Positions 40,255 through 51,574 of a stretch of DNA of 64,000 nt are shown one piece after another (within the stretch, counting starts at the first letter, position 1; every line of letters begins with the position of its first letter). The position numbers were made by a program, and so were the translations under genes. A model generated the notes under the pieces. It was not told the DNA's origin and ran no database searches. It saw nothing but the letters and a program-made list of their open reading frames with translations. This DNA is from Acidimicrobiia bacterium (GTDB taxonomy: Bacteria > Actinomycetota > Acidimicrobiia > IMCC26256 > JACDBD01), in the NCBI GenBank assembly GCA_051002235.1, contig JBPCMN010000085.1:3787-67786 (forward strand), read 5' to 3'.

Positions 40255-42404
40255 CGGTTGCGCAGCAGCTGGAGGATCTCGGCCGCGGCCTTGGGGATGT
40301 TGGTGCCGGGGCCGTACACCGCGCTGACGCCCGACTCCAGCAGGAAGTCGTAGTCGTGAGGCGGGATCACCCCGCCGCATACGACCAGGATGTCGTCGCC
40401 CCCCTGCTTGCGGAGCTCGGCGATCAGCTCGGGCACGAGTGTCTTGTGCCCGGCGGCCTGGCTCGACACGCCCACGACATGGACGTCGTTCTCGATCGCG
40501 TCGCGGGCGGCTTCTTCCGGCGTCTGGAACAGCGGGCCAACGTCGACGTCGAAGCCGATGTCGGCGAACGCAGTGGCGATGACCTTCGCGCCGCGGTCGT
40601 GGCCGTCCTGGCCGAGCTTGACGACCAGCATGCGGGGCCGGCGACCCTCTTCCTTCGCGAACTCGTCGATCTCGCGGCGCACCCGCTCGTAGCCTTCGTC
40701 GCCCTCGTAGGCGGAGCCGTACACACCGCTGATGCTACGGACGGTCGCGCGGTGGCGCGAGAACACCTCCTCGAGCGCGTCGGAGATTTCACCGACCGTC
40801 GCCCGCGCTCTGGTGGCCTCGACTGCGAGCTCGAGGAGGTTGGCGTCTCCGGCCGCGCCTTCGGTGAGGCGCTGAAGCGTCTCCCGGACCCGTGGTTCGT
40901 CCCGGGTCGACCGGACGCGCTCGAGCCGCTCGATCTGGCTGAGCCGTACCTCGGTGTTGTCGACGTCACGGAGCTCGAAGTCGTGGAGCTCTTCGTCGAG
41001 GCGGTACTTGTTGACGCCGACCACCACCTCCTCACCCCGGTCGATGCGCGCCTGGCGCCGGGCCGCGCTCTCCTCGATGCGCAACTTGGGCATGCCCGAC
41101 TCGACCGCCTTGGTCATGCCGCCGAGCTCCTCGACCTCCTCGATCAGCTTCCACGCCTCGTTGGCCAGCGACTGGGTCAGGCCCTCGACGTAGTAGCTGC
41201 CGCCGAGCGGGTCGACCACGTGGGGGATGCCGGTCTCCTCGGCCAGGATCAGCTGGGTGTTGCGGGCGATCCGAGCGGCGGTCTCGCTGGGCAGCGCGAG
41301 GGCCTCGTCGAACGAATTGGTGTGCAGGCTCTGGGTGCCGCCGAGGACCGCCGCCAGCGCCTCGAACGCGGTCCGCACAATGTTGTTGTACGGATCCTGC
41401 TCGGTGAGCGAGACCCCCGACGTCTGGCAGTGGGTTCGCAGCATGAGCGAGCTCGGCTTCTTCGGCCCGAACTCCCGGATGACCTTCGACCACAGCAGCC
41501 GGGCCGCCCGCAGCTTGGCGACCTCCATGAAGAAGTTCATGCCGATCGCAAAGAAGAAGGACAGCCGGCCGGCGAAGGCGTCGATGTCGAGGCCGCGGCC
41601 GGTGGCGACACGCACGTACTCCATGCCGTCGGCGATCGTGAACGCCAGCTCCTGCACCGCGGTCGCGCCCGCCTCCTGCATGTGGTAGCCGGAGATCGAG
41701 ATGGAGTTGAACTTCGGCATCTCTTTCGCCGTGTACTCGATGATGTCGGCGACGATCCGCATGCTCGGCTCGGGCGGGTAGATGTAGGTGTTGCGGACCA
41801 TGAACTCCTTGAGGATGTCGTTCTGGATGGTCCCGGCGAGCTGGTCGCGGGAGACGCCCTGCTCCTCGGCGGCGACGATGTAGCCCGCGAGCACGGGCAG
41901 GACGGCGCCGTTCATCGTCATCGACACCGTCATCTGGTCGAGCGGAATGCCGTCGAACAGGATCTTCATGTCCTCGACCGAGTCGATGGCGACGCCCGCC
42001 TTGCCGACGTCGCCCACGACGCGGGGGTGGTCGCTGTCGTACCCGCGGTGGGTGGCGAGGTCGAATGCCACCGACAGGCCCATCTGGCCGGCGGCGAGGT
42101 TGCGCCGGTAGAAGGCGTTTGACTCCTCGGCGGTCGAGAACCCGGCGTACTGGCGGATCGTCCACGGGCGGTTGGCGTACATGGTCGCCCGGATGCCGCG
42201 CAGGAACGGCTCGAACCCCGGCAGCGTGTCGACGGCCTCGAGGCCCTCGAGGTCGGCGGCGGTGTAGAGGGGCTTGACCGGGATGCCCTCGGGTGTCTCC
42301 CAGGTCAGCTCGTCGGGATCACGCTTGGTCTCCCGCTGCGCCAGCGCGCGCCAGTCGGGAAGGGTTGGCCGGGAGGAGTCGGTGGGCTTGCGGGATTCGC
42401 CCAT
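40251..42404 (-). CDS. scpA: Methylmalonyl-CoA mutase, single chain with B12-binding domain
   Basis: [74 protein letters not shown]. Confidence 0.96.
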   Translation of the reverse strand: MGESRKPTDSSRPTLPDWRALAQRETKRDPDELTWETPEGIPVKPLYTAADLEGLEAVDTLPGFEPFLRGIRATMYANRPWTIRQYAGFSTAEESNAFYRRNLAAGQMGLSVAFDLATHRGYDSDHPRVVGDVGKAGVAIDSVEDMKILFDGIPLDQMTVSMTMNGAVLPVLAGYIVAAEEQGVSRDQLAGTIQNDILKEFMVRNTYIYPPEPSMRIVADIIEYTAKEMPKFNSISISGYHMQEAGATAVQELAFTIADGMEYVRVATGRGLDIDAFAGRLSFFFAIGMNFFMEVAKLRAARLLWSKVIREFGPKKPSSLMLRTHCQTSGVSLTEQDPYNNIVRTAFEALAAVLGGTQSLHTNSFDEALALPSETAARIARNTQLILAEETGIPHVVDPLGGSYYVEGLTQSLANEAWKLIEEVEELGGMTKAVESGMPKLRIEESAARRQARIDRGEEVVVGVNKYRLDEELHDFELRDVDNTEVRLSQIERLERVRSTRDEPRVRETLQRLTEGAAGDANLLELAVEATRARATVGEISDALEEVFSRHRATVRSISGVYGSAYEGDEGYERVRREIDEFAKEEGRRPRMLVVKLGQDGHDRGAKVIATAFADIGFDVDVGPLFQTPEEAARDAIENDVHVVGVSSQAAGHKTLVPELIAELRKQGGDDILVVCGGVIPPHDYDFLLESGVSAVYGPGTNIPKAAAEILQLLRNR

Positions 42405-42450
42405 GCGCCGGTTCAGGGTACCGGCGGGTGCGCCCTCGACTCGCCTTGGG

Positions 42451-42642
42451 CTAGCTCGCCTTCGGCAGCTCGGGGTCGGGGCCGGCCGCCCGCTCGAGGG
42501 CGGCGCGGGCCTGGGCGACGCCGCGGCGGCCGACGGTGCGGGCGCGGGCGTCGAGCTTCCACTCGGGCCAGCGGACCGCCCGGCGACCGGTGCGGCCGCC
42601 CGCCTGGCGGGGGGTGTCGACGAGGCGCAGTTGCGTGCTCAC
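42451..42642 (-). CDS. Small basic protein (63 aa)
   Basis: VSTQLRLVD...[22 protein letters not shown]; GATACT-N6-GTG; not listed as a separate ORF in the track (it is the tail of a shadow ORF). Confidence 0.6.
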   Translation of the reverse strand: MSTQLRLVDTPRQAGGRTGRRAVRWPEWKLDARARTVGRRGVAQARAALERAAGPDPELPKAS

Positions 42643-42687
42643 ACCAGAAGTATCACCGGGGGGTATGACAGTTATTCCGTCTCTTTT

Positions 42688-42779
42688 GGTCGCACTCGCT
42701 CGGCGGCAGGGTACCTGCCGCCGCCCTTCGGGACGCTCGCCGCTCCCGCGCAATCCTGGCTGCCGGCCGGTGGATGGCA
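42688..42779 (+). repeat. Interspersed hairpin repeat, copy 1
   Basis: 89/92 nt identical to 54978-55069; contains CGGCGGCAGG-GTA-CCTGCCGCCG. Confidence 0.95.
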
Positions 42780-42879
42780 CCTCTGGCTGCTGGCTACCGC
42801 CCCTACAACCCAGGTCGCGCCGGACGGGGGCGGCCACCTCTCGACGAGCGCGTCGTTGCTCGCCCGTACACTCGACGCG

Positions 42880-44037
42880 ATGGCCTACCTCGATCACGCG
42901 GCCACGACCCCGATGCGCCCCGAGGCGGTGGCGGCGATGCTGCCGTTCCTGTCGGACACGTTCGGCAACCCGTCGGGCACCCACGCCGCTGCCCGCGCCG
43001 CCAAGACCGCGCTCGAGGAGGCGCGCGAGCTCATTGCCGTCCAGCTGGGGGCGGAGCCGGCCGAGGTCGTGCTCACGGGCGGCGGCACCGAGGCCGACAA
43101 CCTCGCGGTCAAGGGCGCGGCCTACGCGGCTCGCGACGCCGGCCGAGGCGACGGCGTCGTGGCCACCCGGTTCGAGCACAAGGGCGTGCTGGCGTCGTGC
43201 GACCGGCTCGAGCGGGAGGGATTCCGGGTCCGGCGCACCCGTGTCGACGGGGACGGGGTCGTCGATCTGGACGCGCTCGCGGACGCGCTCGACGAACTGA
43301 CCGTCGTCGTGTCGGTGATGCTCGTCAACAACGAGGTCGGCACCATCCAGCCGCTCGATGAGATCGCAGCGCTGGTTCGTCAGCGCGCGCCGCACGCGCT
43401 CGTTCACACCGACGCAGTGCAGGGAGTCCCCTGGCTCGAAGTGGCGGTCGCCGCCCGCGACGCTGATCTGGTCGCGATCTCGGCGCACAAGTTCGGCGGG
43501 CCCAAGGGCGCCGGCGCGCTCGTCGTCCGGGGCAACGCCGCCCTCGATCCGCTGGTCGAGGGAGGCGGGCAGGAGCGCAACCTGCGCTCGGGCACCGCGA
43601 ACGTCGCCGGTGCGGTGGCGATGGCCGCGGCGCTGCAGGCCACCGCCGACCACCGCGCCGCCGAGGTCGCTCGGATCGGCGCGCTGCGCGACCGGCTCGC
43701 GAACGGGCTCGCCGACGCCGTACCGGGGTGCTTCTTCAACGGTGACGTCGCCCGCAAGATTGCCGGCAACTGTCACGTCGGCTTCCCCGGCGTCGAGGCC
43801 GAGGCGCTGCTAGTCGTGCTCGACCGGGAGGGCGTGTGCGCGGCGGCGGGCTCGTCGTGCTCGTCGGGCGCCACCGAGCCGTCGCACGTGCTCGAGGCCA
43901 TGGGTCTCGGGCGCGACGACGCGCTTGCCTCGATCCGTCTGAGCCTCGGCCATGCGTCGACCGCCGCCGACGTCGACACCGCACTGGCGGTGATCCCGGC
44001 CGCGGTCGAGCGGCTGCGGCCGGTCGGTGTGTCGTGA
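42880..44037 (+). CDS. iscS: Cysteine desulfurase (IscS/NifS-like)
   Basis: YLDHAATTP, GNPSG, GGTEADN, HTDAVQ, SAHKFGGPKG, RSGT, GSSCSS; TACACT-N7-ATG promoter at 42867-42872. Confidence 0.93.
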   Translation: MAYLDHAATTPMRPEAVAAMLPFLSDTFGNPSGTHAAARAAKTALEEARELIAVQLGAEPAEVVLTGGGTEADNLAVKGAAYAARDAGRGDGVVATRFEHKGVLASCDRLEREGFRVRRTRVDGDGVVDLDALADALDELTVVVSVMLVNNEVGTIQPLDEIAALVRQRAPHALVHTDAVQGVPWLEVAVAARDADLVAISAHKFGGPKGAGALVVRGNAALDPLVEGGGQERNLRSGTANVAGAVAMAAALQATADHRAAEVARIGALRDRLANGLADAVPGCFFNGDVARKIAGNCHVGFPGVEAEALLVVLDREGVCAAAGSSCSSGATEPSHVLEAMGLGRDDALASIRLSLGHASTAADVDTALAVIPAAVERLRPVGVS

Positions 44038-45059
44038 ACGTGCTCGTCGCGATGAGCGGCGGCGTCGACTCCTCGGTCGCGGCCGCGCTGCTGGCGGAAG
44101 CCGGCCACGAGGTCACCGGGGTCACGCTCAAGCTTTGGGGCGGCGAGTCCGACTCGGGCTGCTGCAGCGTGTCGGATGTCGAGGACGCCCGCCGGGTGGC
44201 GGCGCAGCTCGGGATCCCGCACTACATCTTCAACTTCGCCGAAGACTTCGAGCGTCAGGTCGTGGGCCCCTACGTCGGCGAGTACGGCGCCGGGCGGACG
44301 CCCAATCCCTGCGTCGAGTGTAACCGGTCCATCAAGTTCGGGCGCCTGCTCGACCGCGCCGACGCCATGGGCTTCGACGCGGTGGCGACCGGCCATCACG
44401 CCCGGGTCCAGCGGCGCGACGACGGCCGCCACCGGCTCGTACGGGGAGCCGATCGGGCCAAGGATCAGTCGTACGTGCTCTACATGCTCGGGCAGCACCA
44501 GCTCGAGCGCGTCCTGCTGCCGGTCGGTGATCTGACCAAGGCCGAGGTGCGGACCCGCGCCCGCGAGCTTGGCCTGCGCACGGCGGCGAAGCCCGAGAGC
44601 ATGGACGTCTGCTTCATCACCCGGGGCGGCCGCGAGCGCTTCCTCGCGGCCCGCGCTCCGGCCGCGGCGGGTCCCGTCGTCGACGCGATCGGCCGCGAGG
44701 TCGGGCGCCACGACGGCATCACGGGGTTCACCGTCGGGCAGCGGCGAGGCCTCGGTGTGGCGGCGGGGGAGCGGCGCTACGTGCTCGACGTCGACGCCGC
44801 CACCGCCACGGTCACGATCGGCGGACGCGACGACCTGCTGCGCGCGGAGGTGCGGATCGACGCGCTGTCCTTCGTCGAGCGCGCACCCGGGCCCGACCGA
44901 TCGGTGCTGGTTCAGGTGCGCGCCCACGGAACCCCGGTCGGCGGTCACCTCGACGACGACCGCGTGCGCTTCGACGAGCCCCAGCCGCGGGTGGCGCCGG
45001 GGCAGGTGGTCGCGCTCTACGACGGCGACACGCTGCTCGGCGGCGGCATCGCCGCCTGA
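44034..45059 (+). CDS. mnmA: tRNA 2-thiouridine(34) synthase
   Basis: AMSGGVDSS, GCCS, TPNPCVECN, ATGHHAR, KDQSY, CF, GQRRG, PGQ; GTG overlaps the iscS stop. Confidence 0.95.
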   Translation: MNVLVAMSGGVDSSVAAALLAEAGHEVTGVTLKLWGGESDSGCCSVSDVEDARRVAAQLGIPHYIFNFAEDFERQVVGPYVGEYGAGRTPNPCVECNRSIKFGRLLDRADAMGFDAVATGHHARVQRRDDGRHRLVRGADRAKDQSYVLYMLGQHQLERVLLPVGDLTKAEVRTRARELGLRTAAKPESMDVCFITRGGRERFLAARAPAAAGPVVDAIGREVGRHDGITGFTVGQRRGLGVAAGERRYVLDVDAATATVTIGGRDDLLRAEVRIDALSFVERAPGPDRSVLVQVRAHGTPVGGHLDDDRVRFDEPQPRVAPGQVVALYDGDTLLGGGIAA

Positions 45060-45063
45060 CCCG

Positions 45064-45945
45064 TCAGGCGGTTGGCACCGGGATCCGACGTTGCGCCGCT
45101 TCGGCGAGGAGCTCGCCGCTCCGCACCGCCGCGAACCGCAGCTCGGTCGTGGTCGCAGGGACCGAACCCCGGACGCCGCGCCGGGTGGCGAGGAACTCGG
45201 TCTCGCGGCCGAGGGTGAGCGCCAGTGAGTCGGCCAGCGCACCCAACCGCAGGTCGACCACCCCTGCGTGGAGGGGCTCGCCCGGGTCCGCGGCGCGCAG
45301 CGAGGCGATGTGCTCCCGCAGGAACAGCACCGGATCGGGAAGCGTGAGGGGATCGACGACGACCAGGCCCGCCGGCACCAGCACCACCCAGCGACGCGAG
45401 AGCCCGTGGAGGGCGCGCACCATCAGCGCGGCCACCGGGATGCCCACCACCAATGCCAGCGCGCCCACGACCGGCCGGTCGGCCGCCACCAGCAACGGCC
45501 CCGCGGCGATACCCGCCCCGACGAGCAGCGGCGCCGGCGGCAGCGGGCCCAGCAACAACACGCGCGGGGTCTTCAACGGGAACCGGCGCTCGTCGCCGTA
45601 GGCGACGCCGTTGGCGGCCGCCATCGCGACCCCGGGCGTCACGGCGAGGACGACCGCCGCGCCGGTCACCACGATCGCGGCGACGGCCGTCACGCCGGCA
45701 GCGTCACCGAAGATCCCGGCGACGACCGCGAGCACGAAGAACCCGGGCGCGGCGACCCGAACCGCGGTCAGCGCGACGGGACGCGGCGTGAGCACCCCCG
45801 TGAGCACGACGCCCCACGCCGACCACAACAGCACGGCCGCGACGATCTGCGGACCGGTCGACCAGCCGTCCAGCGCGTCGGCGGCCGCCGGGCCCGCGGT
45901 GATCGGCAGTGACGCCCACGCCATCCGGAGCAACCAGACACTCAT
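45064..45945 (-). CDS. Membrane protein of unknown function
   Basis: About 6 hydrophobic segments plus soluble C-terminus (SRRWVVLVPAGLVVVD); YGDERRFPL motif. Confidence 0.7.
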   Translation of the reverse strand: MSVWLLRMAWASLPITAGPAAADALDGWSTGPQIVAAVLLWSAWGVVLTGVLTPRPVALTAVRVAAPGFFVLAVVAGIFGDAAGVTAVAAIVVTGAAVVLAVTPGVAMAAANGVAYGDERRFPLKTPRVLLLGPLPPAPLLVGAGIAAGPLLVAADRPVVGALALVVGIPVAALMVRALHGLSRRWVVLVPAGLVVVDPLTLPDPVLFLREHIASLRAADPGEPLHAGVVDLRLGALADSLALTLGRETEFLATRRGVRGSVPATTTELRFAAVRSGELLAEAAQRRIPVPTA

Positions 45946-46018
45946 GTGGTTGATACCAGTAATCCGGGCGACCCCGGCTGGAAGCGCGTCACGGCGCCGA
46001 CCGTATACTGCGCCCCCC

Positions 46019-47035
46019 ATGGTCCGGACCGCTCACGCGCCTGCGCTCGTCCCCGCGCTCGCCACCGGTATCGGAAGCCTGCCCCACGACGATCCCCGGG
46101 CCGCGGCGGACGTCGTGCTCCGTCATCACCCGCGTCTGCCCGCCGCGCCGCAGTTGCCGGCGCGCACGCCGCTCGAAGGCCTCGTCGCCCAGTGGGCGCG
46201 CGCGCTTCCCGAGGTCTCGGTGCGCGACGACGGGACCGTGGTCATCGACGACCGGGGGTCGTTCGAGCCGCCGGTGCCGTCGTTCGACTCCGAGGCCCAC
46301 GGCGGTCTGCTCGCGTTCCTCGATGTCGCCGCGTCGACCGGTGAGGAACCGCCGGCCCGGGTCAAGGTGCAGATCGCCGGCCCGCTCACGCTCGGGCTGG
46401 CGTTACACCGTGCCGGCATCCCAGTCGAGCGCGCCTTCCGACGGGGCGGCGAGGCCGCCCGGAGCTGGGCGATCGCGGTCGAGGAGCTGGTCGAGGAACG
46501 CCTACCCGGTTCGTCGTTGCTCCTGTTCTTCGACGAGCCCGCGTTGGTGACGTGGCGACGTCATGAGGGCGTGCTCGATCGCGAGACGGCTACCGACGTG
46601 CTCTCGGGTGCGCTGGCGGCGCCGGGGTGCATGACCGGCGTGCACGTCTGCGGCGCGGGCGACCGTCGCCTCGCGCTCGAGGCGGGACCGCAGGTGATCG
46701 GGGTCGAGGTCGGGAGCGATCTCGTCGCCGACGCCGACGTGATCGCCCGTCACCTCGATGCCGACGGTTGGGTGGCGTGGGGGGCGGTGCCGACCGACCG
46801 ACCGGTGGGCGAGTCGGTCGAGCCGCTCTGGCGCGCACTGGTCAGCGTGTGGTGCGAGCTCACGCGGCGCGGCTGCGATCCGGTGCGCCTCCGCACCCAG
46901 AGCCTGGTCACGCCGGCGTGCGGGCTCGCCGGGCACGGGCGCAGTCAGGCCGAGCGCTCCCTGCGCCTCGCCCGGGCGGTGGCCGACCGCGTGCACGACC
47001 AGGCGGTGGCAGCCCGGCTGACACTGGGCGCGTAG
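46019..47035 (+). CDS. MetE-like (cobalamin-independent methionine synthase catalytic-domain) protein
   Basis: ATGIGSLPH, PQLP, KVQIAGP, FDEP, GVHVCG, E, TPACGLAG Zn-ligand pattern; position between mnmA and ligA as in other actinobacteria; TATACT at 46004-46009. Confidence 0.75.
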   Translation: MVRTAHAPALVPALATGIGSLPHDDPRAAADVVLRHHPRLPAAPQLPARTPLEGLVAQWARALPEVSVRDDGTVVIDDRGSFEPPVPSFDSEAHGGLLAFLDVAASTGEEPPARVKVQIAGPLTLGLALHRAGIPVERAFRRGGEAARSWAIAVEELVEERLPGSSLLLFFDEPALVTWRRHEGVLDRETATDVLSGALAAPGCMTGVHVCGAGDRRLALEAGPQVIGVEVGSDLVADADVIARHLDADGWVAWGAVPTDRPVGESVEPLWRALVSVWCELTRRGCDPVRLRTQSLVTPACGLAGHGRSQAERSLRLARAVADRVHDQAVAARLTLGA

Positions 47036-47610
47036 TGGCGTCGCGCACGCCGCGCTGCATCAACTGCGGCACGCCACTCGGGCCGGGCGTGGGCAAGTGC
47101 CCTACGTGCGGGACCGAGGCCGACACCGGTCCGGTCACCGCCGAGGTGGTCGAGGAGCCCACCGCTCCCGGCGCGACGCCGGCCGGGGACGTGACCGAGA
47201 CGGAGGCCGTTCCCGCCGTCGAGCGCACCCAGGCGGCCCCGCCGGTCGTCGGGCCGCCACCGCGCAGTCCCGGAGAGGATCGGGGCACCTTCCTCCGGCG
47301 CCGAATCGTCGCCGTCCTGGTCGTGGTCATCGTCGTGTGCATGGTCGTTCTCGGCGCGTTGGCATTCCTCGGGGGCGACGACGGTGGCGACGACCCGACA
47401 TCAACGTCGTCGTCGACGAGTACGTCGAGCACGACGACCACGACGGTCGCGCCGACGACCCGGGCCACGATCCCGGCGACCGCCCCACCCACGGCACCTC
47501 CGCCCACGTCGCCGCCCACCCCGCCGCCCACCGTGATCACGATCCCGCCCGCCCCGCCGCCCACCGTGATCACGATCCCGCCCACGACCGTGCTGCCTCC
47601 GGTCACCTGA
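47035..47610 (+). CDS. Zinc-ribbon, single-TM protein with Thr/Pro-rich extracytoplasmic tail
   Basis: CINCG...CPTCG; TM RRIVAVLVVVIVVCMVVLGALAFLG; Ser/Thr/Pro tail; GTG overlaps the upstream stop. Confidence 0.7.
   Translation: MASRTPRCINCGTPLGPGVGKCPTCGTEADTGPVTAEVVEEPTAPGATPAGDVTETEAVPAVERTQAAPPVVGPPPRSPGEDRGTFLRRRIVAVLVVVIVVCMVVLGALAFLGGDDGGDDPTSTSSSTSTSSTTTTTVAPTTRATIPATAPPTAPPPTSPPTPPPTVITIPPAPPPTVITIPPTTVLPPVT
47521..47583 (+). repeat. In-frame 33-bp tandem duplication (PPPTVITIPP x2)
   Basis: ccgccgcccaccgtgatcacgatcccgccc occurs exactly at 47521 and 47554. Confidence 0.95.
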
Positions 47611-47643
47611 GCCGGGGGAGCAGCGCGGCGCGATCGGACCGGG

Positions 47644-48480
47644 TCACGGGTTCGGTGACCCCAGCGGCCCCGTCCCCGCGCCGGCGGGTGCCTGGTCGAC
47701 GCTGATCAACTCCTCGCGACCACCGCCACCGGACACACCCAGCACGAGCACCGGGCCCACGTTCTTGGCGTAGAGCTTGTACTCGAGCACGTCGGGCTCG
47801 ATCGTGATGGTGTCCTTGGTCAAGAGCACCTTCTTGAAGAGGCCGAACGGCACCTCGGCCATCTCCTTGGTGCTCAGGACCTCGCCGTTGTCCTCGGCCT
47901 CGCCCTTGTAGTACTCCTGGCGGTATTTCAGTCCCGGCCGCGGCTCGGCGGGCATGGCGATGCCGGCCTCGGCCCCGTCGACGCCGGCCTCGAAGGACCC
48001 GCTCTTCGTCGTGATCTGGCCGTTCTCGAACTCGGCGGTGTCTTCGCCGAGGTACCAGACGTTGTCGTCCTTATCCTGGGCGTACCAGTCGAAGGTGTCC
48101 TCGATGAGTTGACCATCCTGGGTCACGGTGTCGCGCACCACACGAGCCGTGATGCCGTTGGCGATCTTCTTCGTCTCGGTCGTCACGACCACCACGACCT
48201 GGAGCTCCTTGCCCTCCTCGTCGACCTCGCGGTACGTCCAACGGGTGCCGGGGGTCATGGGCCAGTACGGGTTGTCGATCTCGGTCGTGAAGTCGGCCGG
48301 GTCGAGCTCGACCGGCTCGGCGCCCCGCGGGAGATCGGATCCGCCGGACGCGCCGGCCGACCCGCCGGCCACGAGCAGGAGAGCGATGGTGACGGCGACG
48401 GAGATGACGACGGTGGCGGCTCGCGCCGTCCGTCGGTGGAACTTCGAGACTTGCGATGGGTTTTCCTGAGTCAGTGTCAT
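47644..48480 (-). CDS. Secreted protein of unknown function
   Basis: Signal-peptide-like N-terminus; IDNPYWPMTPG, DWYAQD..NVWYLGED, GSFEAGVDGA, YRQEYY, KLYAKNVG; very strong GC3 bias. Confidence 0.8.
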   Translation of the reverse strand: MTLTQENPSQVSKFHRRTARAATVVISVAVTIALLLVAGGSAGASGGSDLPRGAEPVELDPADFTTEIDNPYWPMTPGTRWTYREVDEEGKELQVVVVVTTETKKIANGITARVVRDTVTQDGQLIEDTFDWYAQDKDDNVWYLGEDTAEFENGQITTKSGSFEAGVDGAEAGIAMPAEPRPGLKYRQEYYKGEAEDNGEVLSTKEMAEVPFGLFKKVLLTKDTITIEPDVLEYKLYAKNVGPVLVLGVSGGGGREELISVDQAPAGAGTGPLGSPNP

Positions 48481-48504
48481 GGAGCGCATCATGAACGGCC
48501 GGTG

Positions 48505-50582
<2,078 letters not shown>

Positions 50583-50584
<2 letters not shown>

Positions 50585-50680
50585 GGCCTGCCATCCTCCG
50601 GCTTGCTGCTGCGATTGCGCGGGAGCGGCGAGCGTCCCGAAGGGCAGCGGCAGGTACCCTGCCGCCGAGCGAGTGCGACC
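50583..50680 (-). repeat. Interspersed hairpin repeat, copy 2 (inverted)
   Basis: Reverse complement begins GGTCGCACTCGCTCGGCGGCAGGGTACCTGCCGC and ends GGATGGCAGGCCTT, as in copy 3. Confidence 0.93.
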
Positions 50681-50692
50681 AGAGGAGAAGCC

Positions 50693-51154
50693 ATGGTCGA
50701 TAAATCCGCGGTCGGTCTCAAGGACGAGCCGTTCGAGATGGTGGTCGAGCAGGGGAAGGTGCGTGAGTTCGCGATCGCGACGAAGTCATCGAACCCCGCG
50801 TACCTCGACGACCCCCAGCCGGTCTCGCCGCCGACGTTCCTGGTCACGTCGACGTTCTGGACCCCCGCGTCGATGCGGCCGGGGGGCTCGCTGTTCAAGA
50901 AGGTGAATCTCGACATGCGGCGGGTCCTCGACGGCGGGCGCGAGTTCGTGTTCCACGGGCCGCCACCCCGGGCCGGCACCAAGCTGATCGCGCAGAACCG
51001 GGTCGAGGACATCTACGAGAAAGAAGGCAAGCGCGGCGGCACGATGACGTTCGTCGTTACGGTGCAGGAGTTCCGCGACGAGCGCGGCGAGCTTGTGGCC
51101 GAGATGCGCTCGACCGCGATCGAAACGGGACGGCCTCCGAAGGAGGACAAGTAA
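50693..51154 (+). CDS. Hot-dog fold dehydratase-like protein (MaoC N-terminal/FAS1-like type)
   Basis: VEQGKVREFA, SPPTF, VLDGGREFVFH, FV...EFRDERGELVA; AGGAG RBS. Confidence 0.8.
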   Translation: MVDKSAVGLKDEPFEMVVEQGKVREFAIATKSSNPAYLDDPQPVSPPTFLVTSTFWTPASMRPGGSLFKKVNLDMRRVLDGGREFVFHGPPPRAGTKLIAQNRVEDIYEKEGKRGGTMTFVVTVQEFRDERGELVAEMRSTAIETGRPPKEDK

Positions 51155-51570
51155 TGGGTGTGACCTGGGACGACCTCGAGGAGGGCGCGACCACCGAGCC
51201 GCTCGTCGTCGGGCCGCTCACGCGGACCGACTTCGTGCGCTACCAGGGCGCGTCGGGCGACTTCAATCCCATCCACCACGACGAGGAGTACGCCAAGGCC
51301 GCCGGGTTCCCCACCGTGTTCTCGGTCGGGATGCTCCAGGCCGGGATCCTGGCGACGTTCGCCACCGACTGGCTCGGGCCCGAGAGCGTGCGCACGTATG
51401 GGTTCCAGTTCCGTGAGCAGGTGTGGCCGGGCGACACCCTGACCTGTCAGGGCGCGGTGACCAAGCGTTATGAGGCCGACGGCGAGCGCCGCGTCGACCT
51501 CGAGCTCACCTGCACGAAGCAGGACGGTGGCACCGCGATCAAAGGCAACGCGACGTTCGTGGTCGCGTAG
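51154..51570 (+). CDS. MaoC-family acyl dehydratase
   Basis: RYQGASGDFNPIHHD hydratase motif, GML, FREQVWPGDTL; ATG overlaps the upstream stop. Confidence 0.88.
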   Translation: MGVTWDDLEEGATTEPLVVGPLTRTDFVRYQGASGDFNPIHHDEEYAKAAGFPTVFSVGMLQAGILATFATDWLGPESVRTYGFQFREQVWPGDTLTCQGAVTKRYEADGERRVDLELTCTKQDGGTAIKGNATFVVA

Positions 51571-51574
51571 GGCG

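Noticed and set aside
42649-42671. TATCACCG...GGTA resembling a lambda operator next to GATACT
   Set aside because: No phage genes or second operator; most simply the -10 region of the small ORF, with chance similarity.
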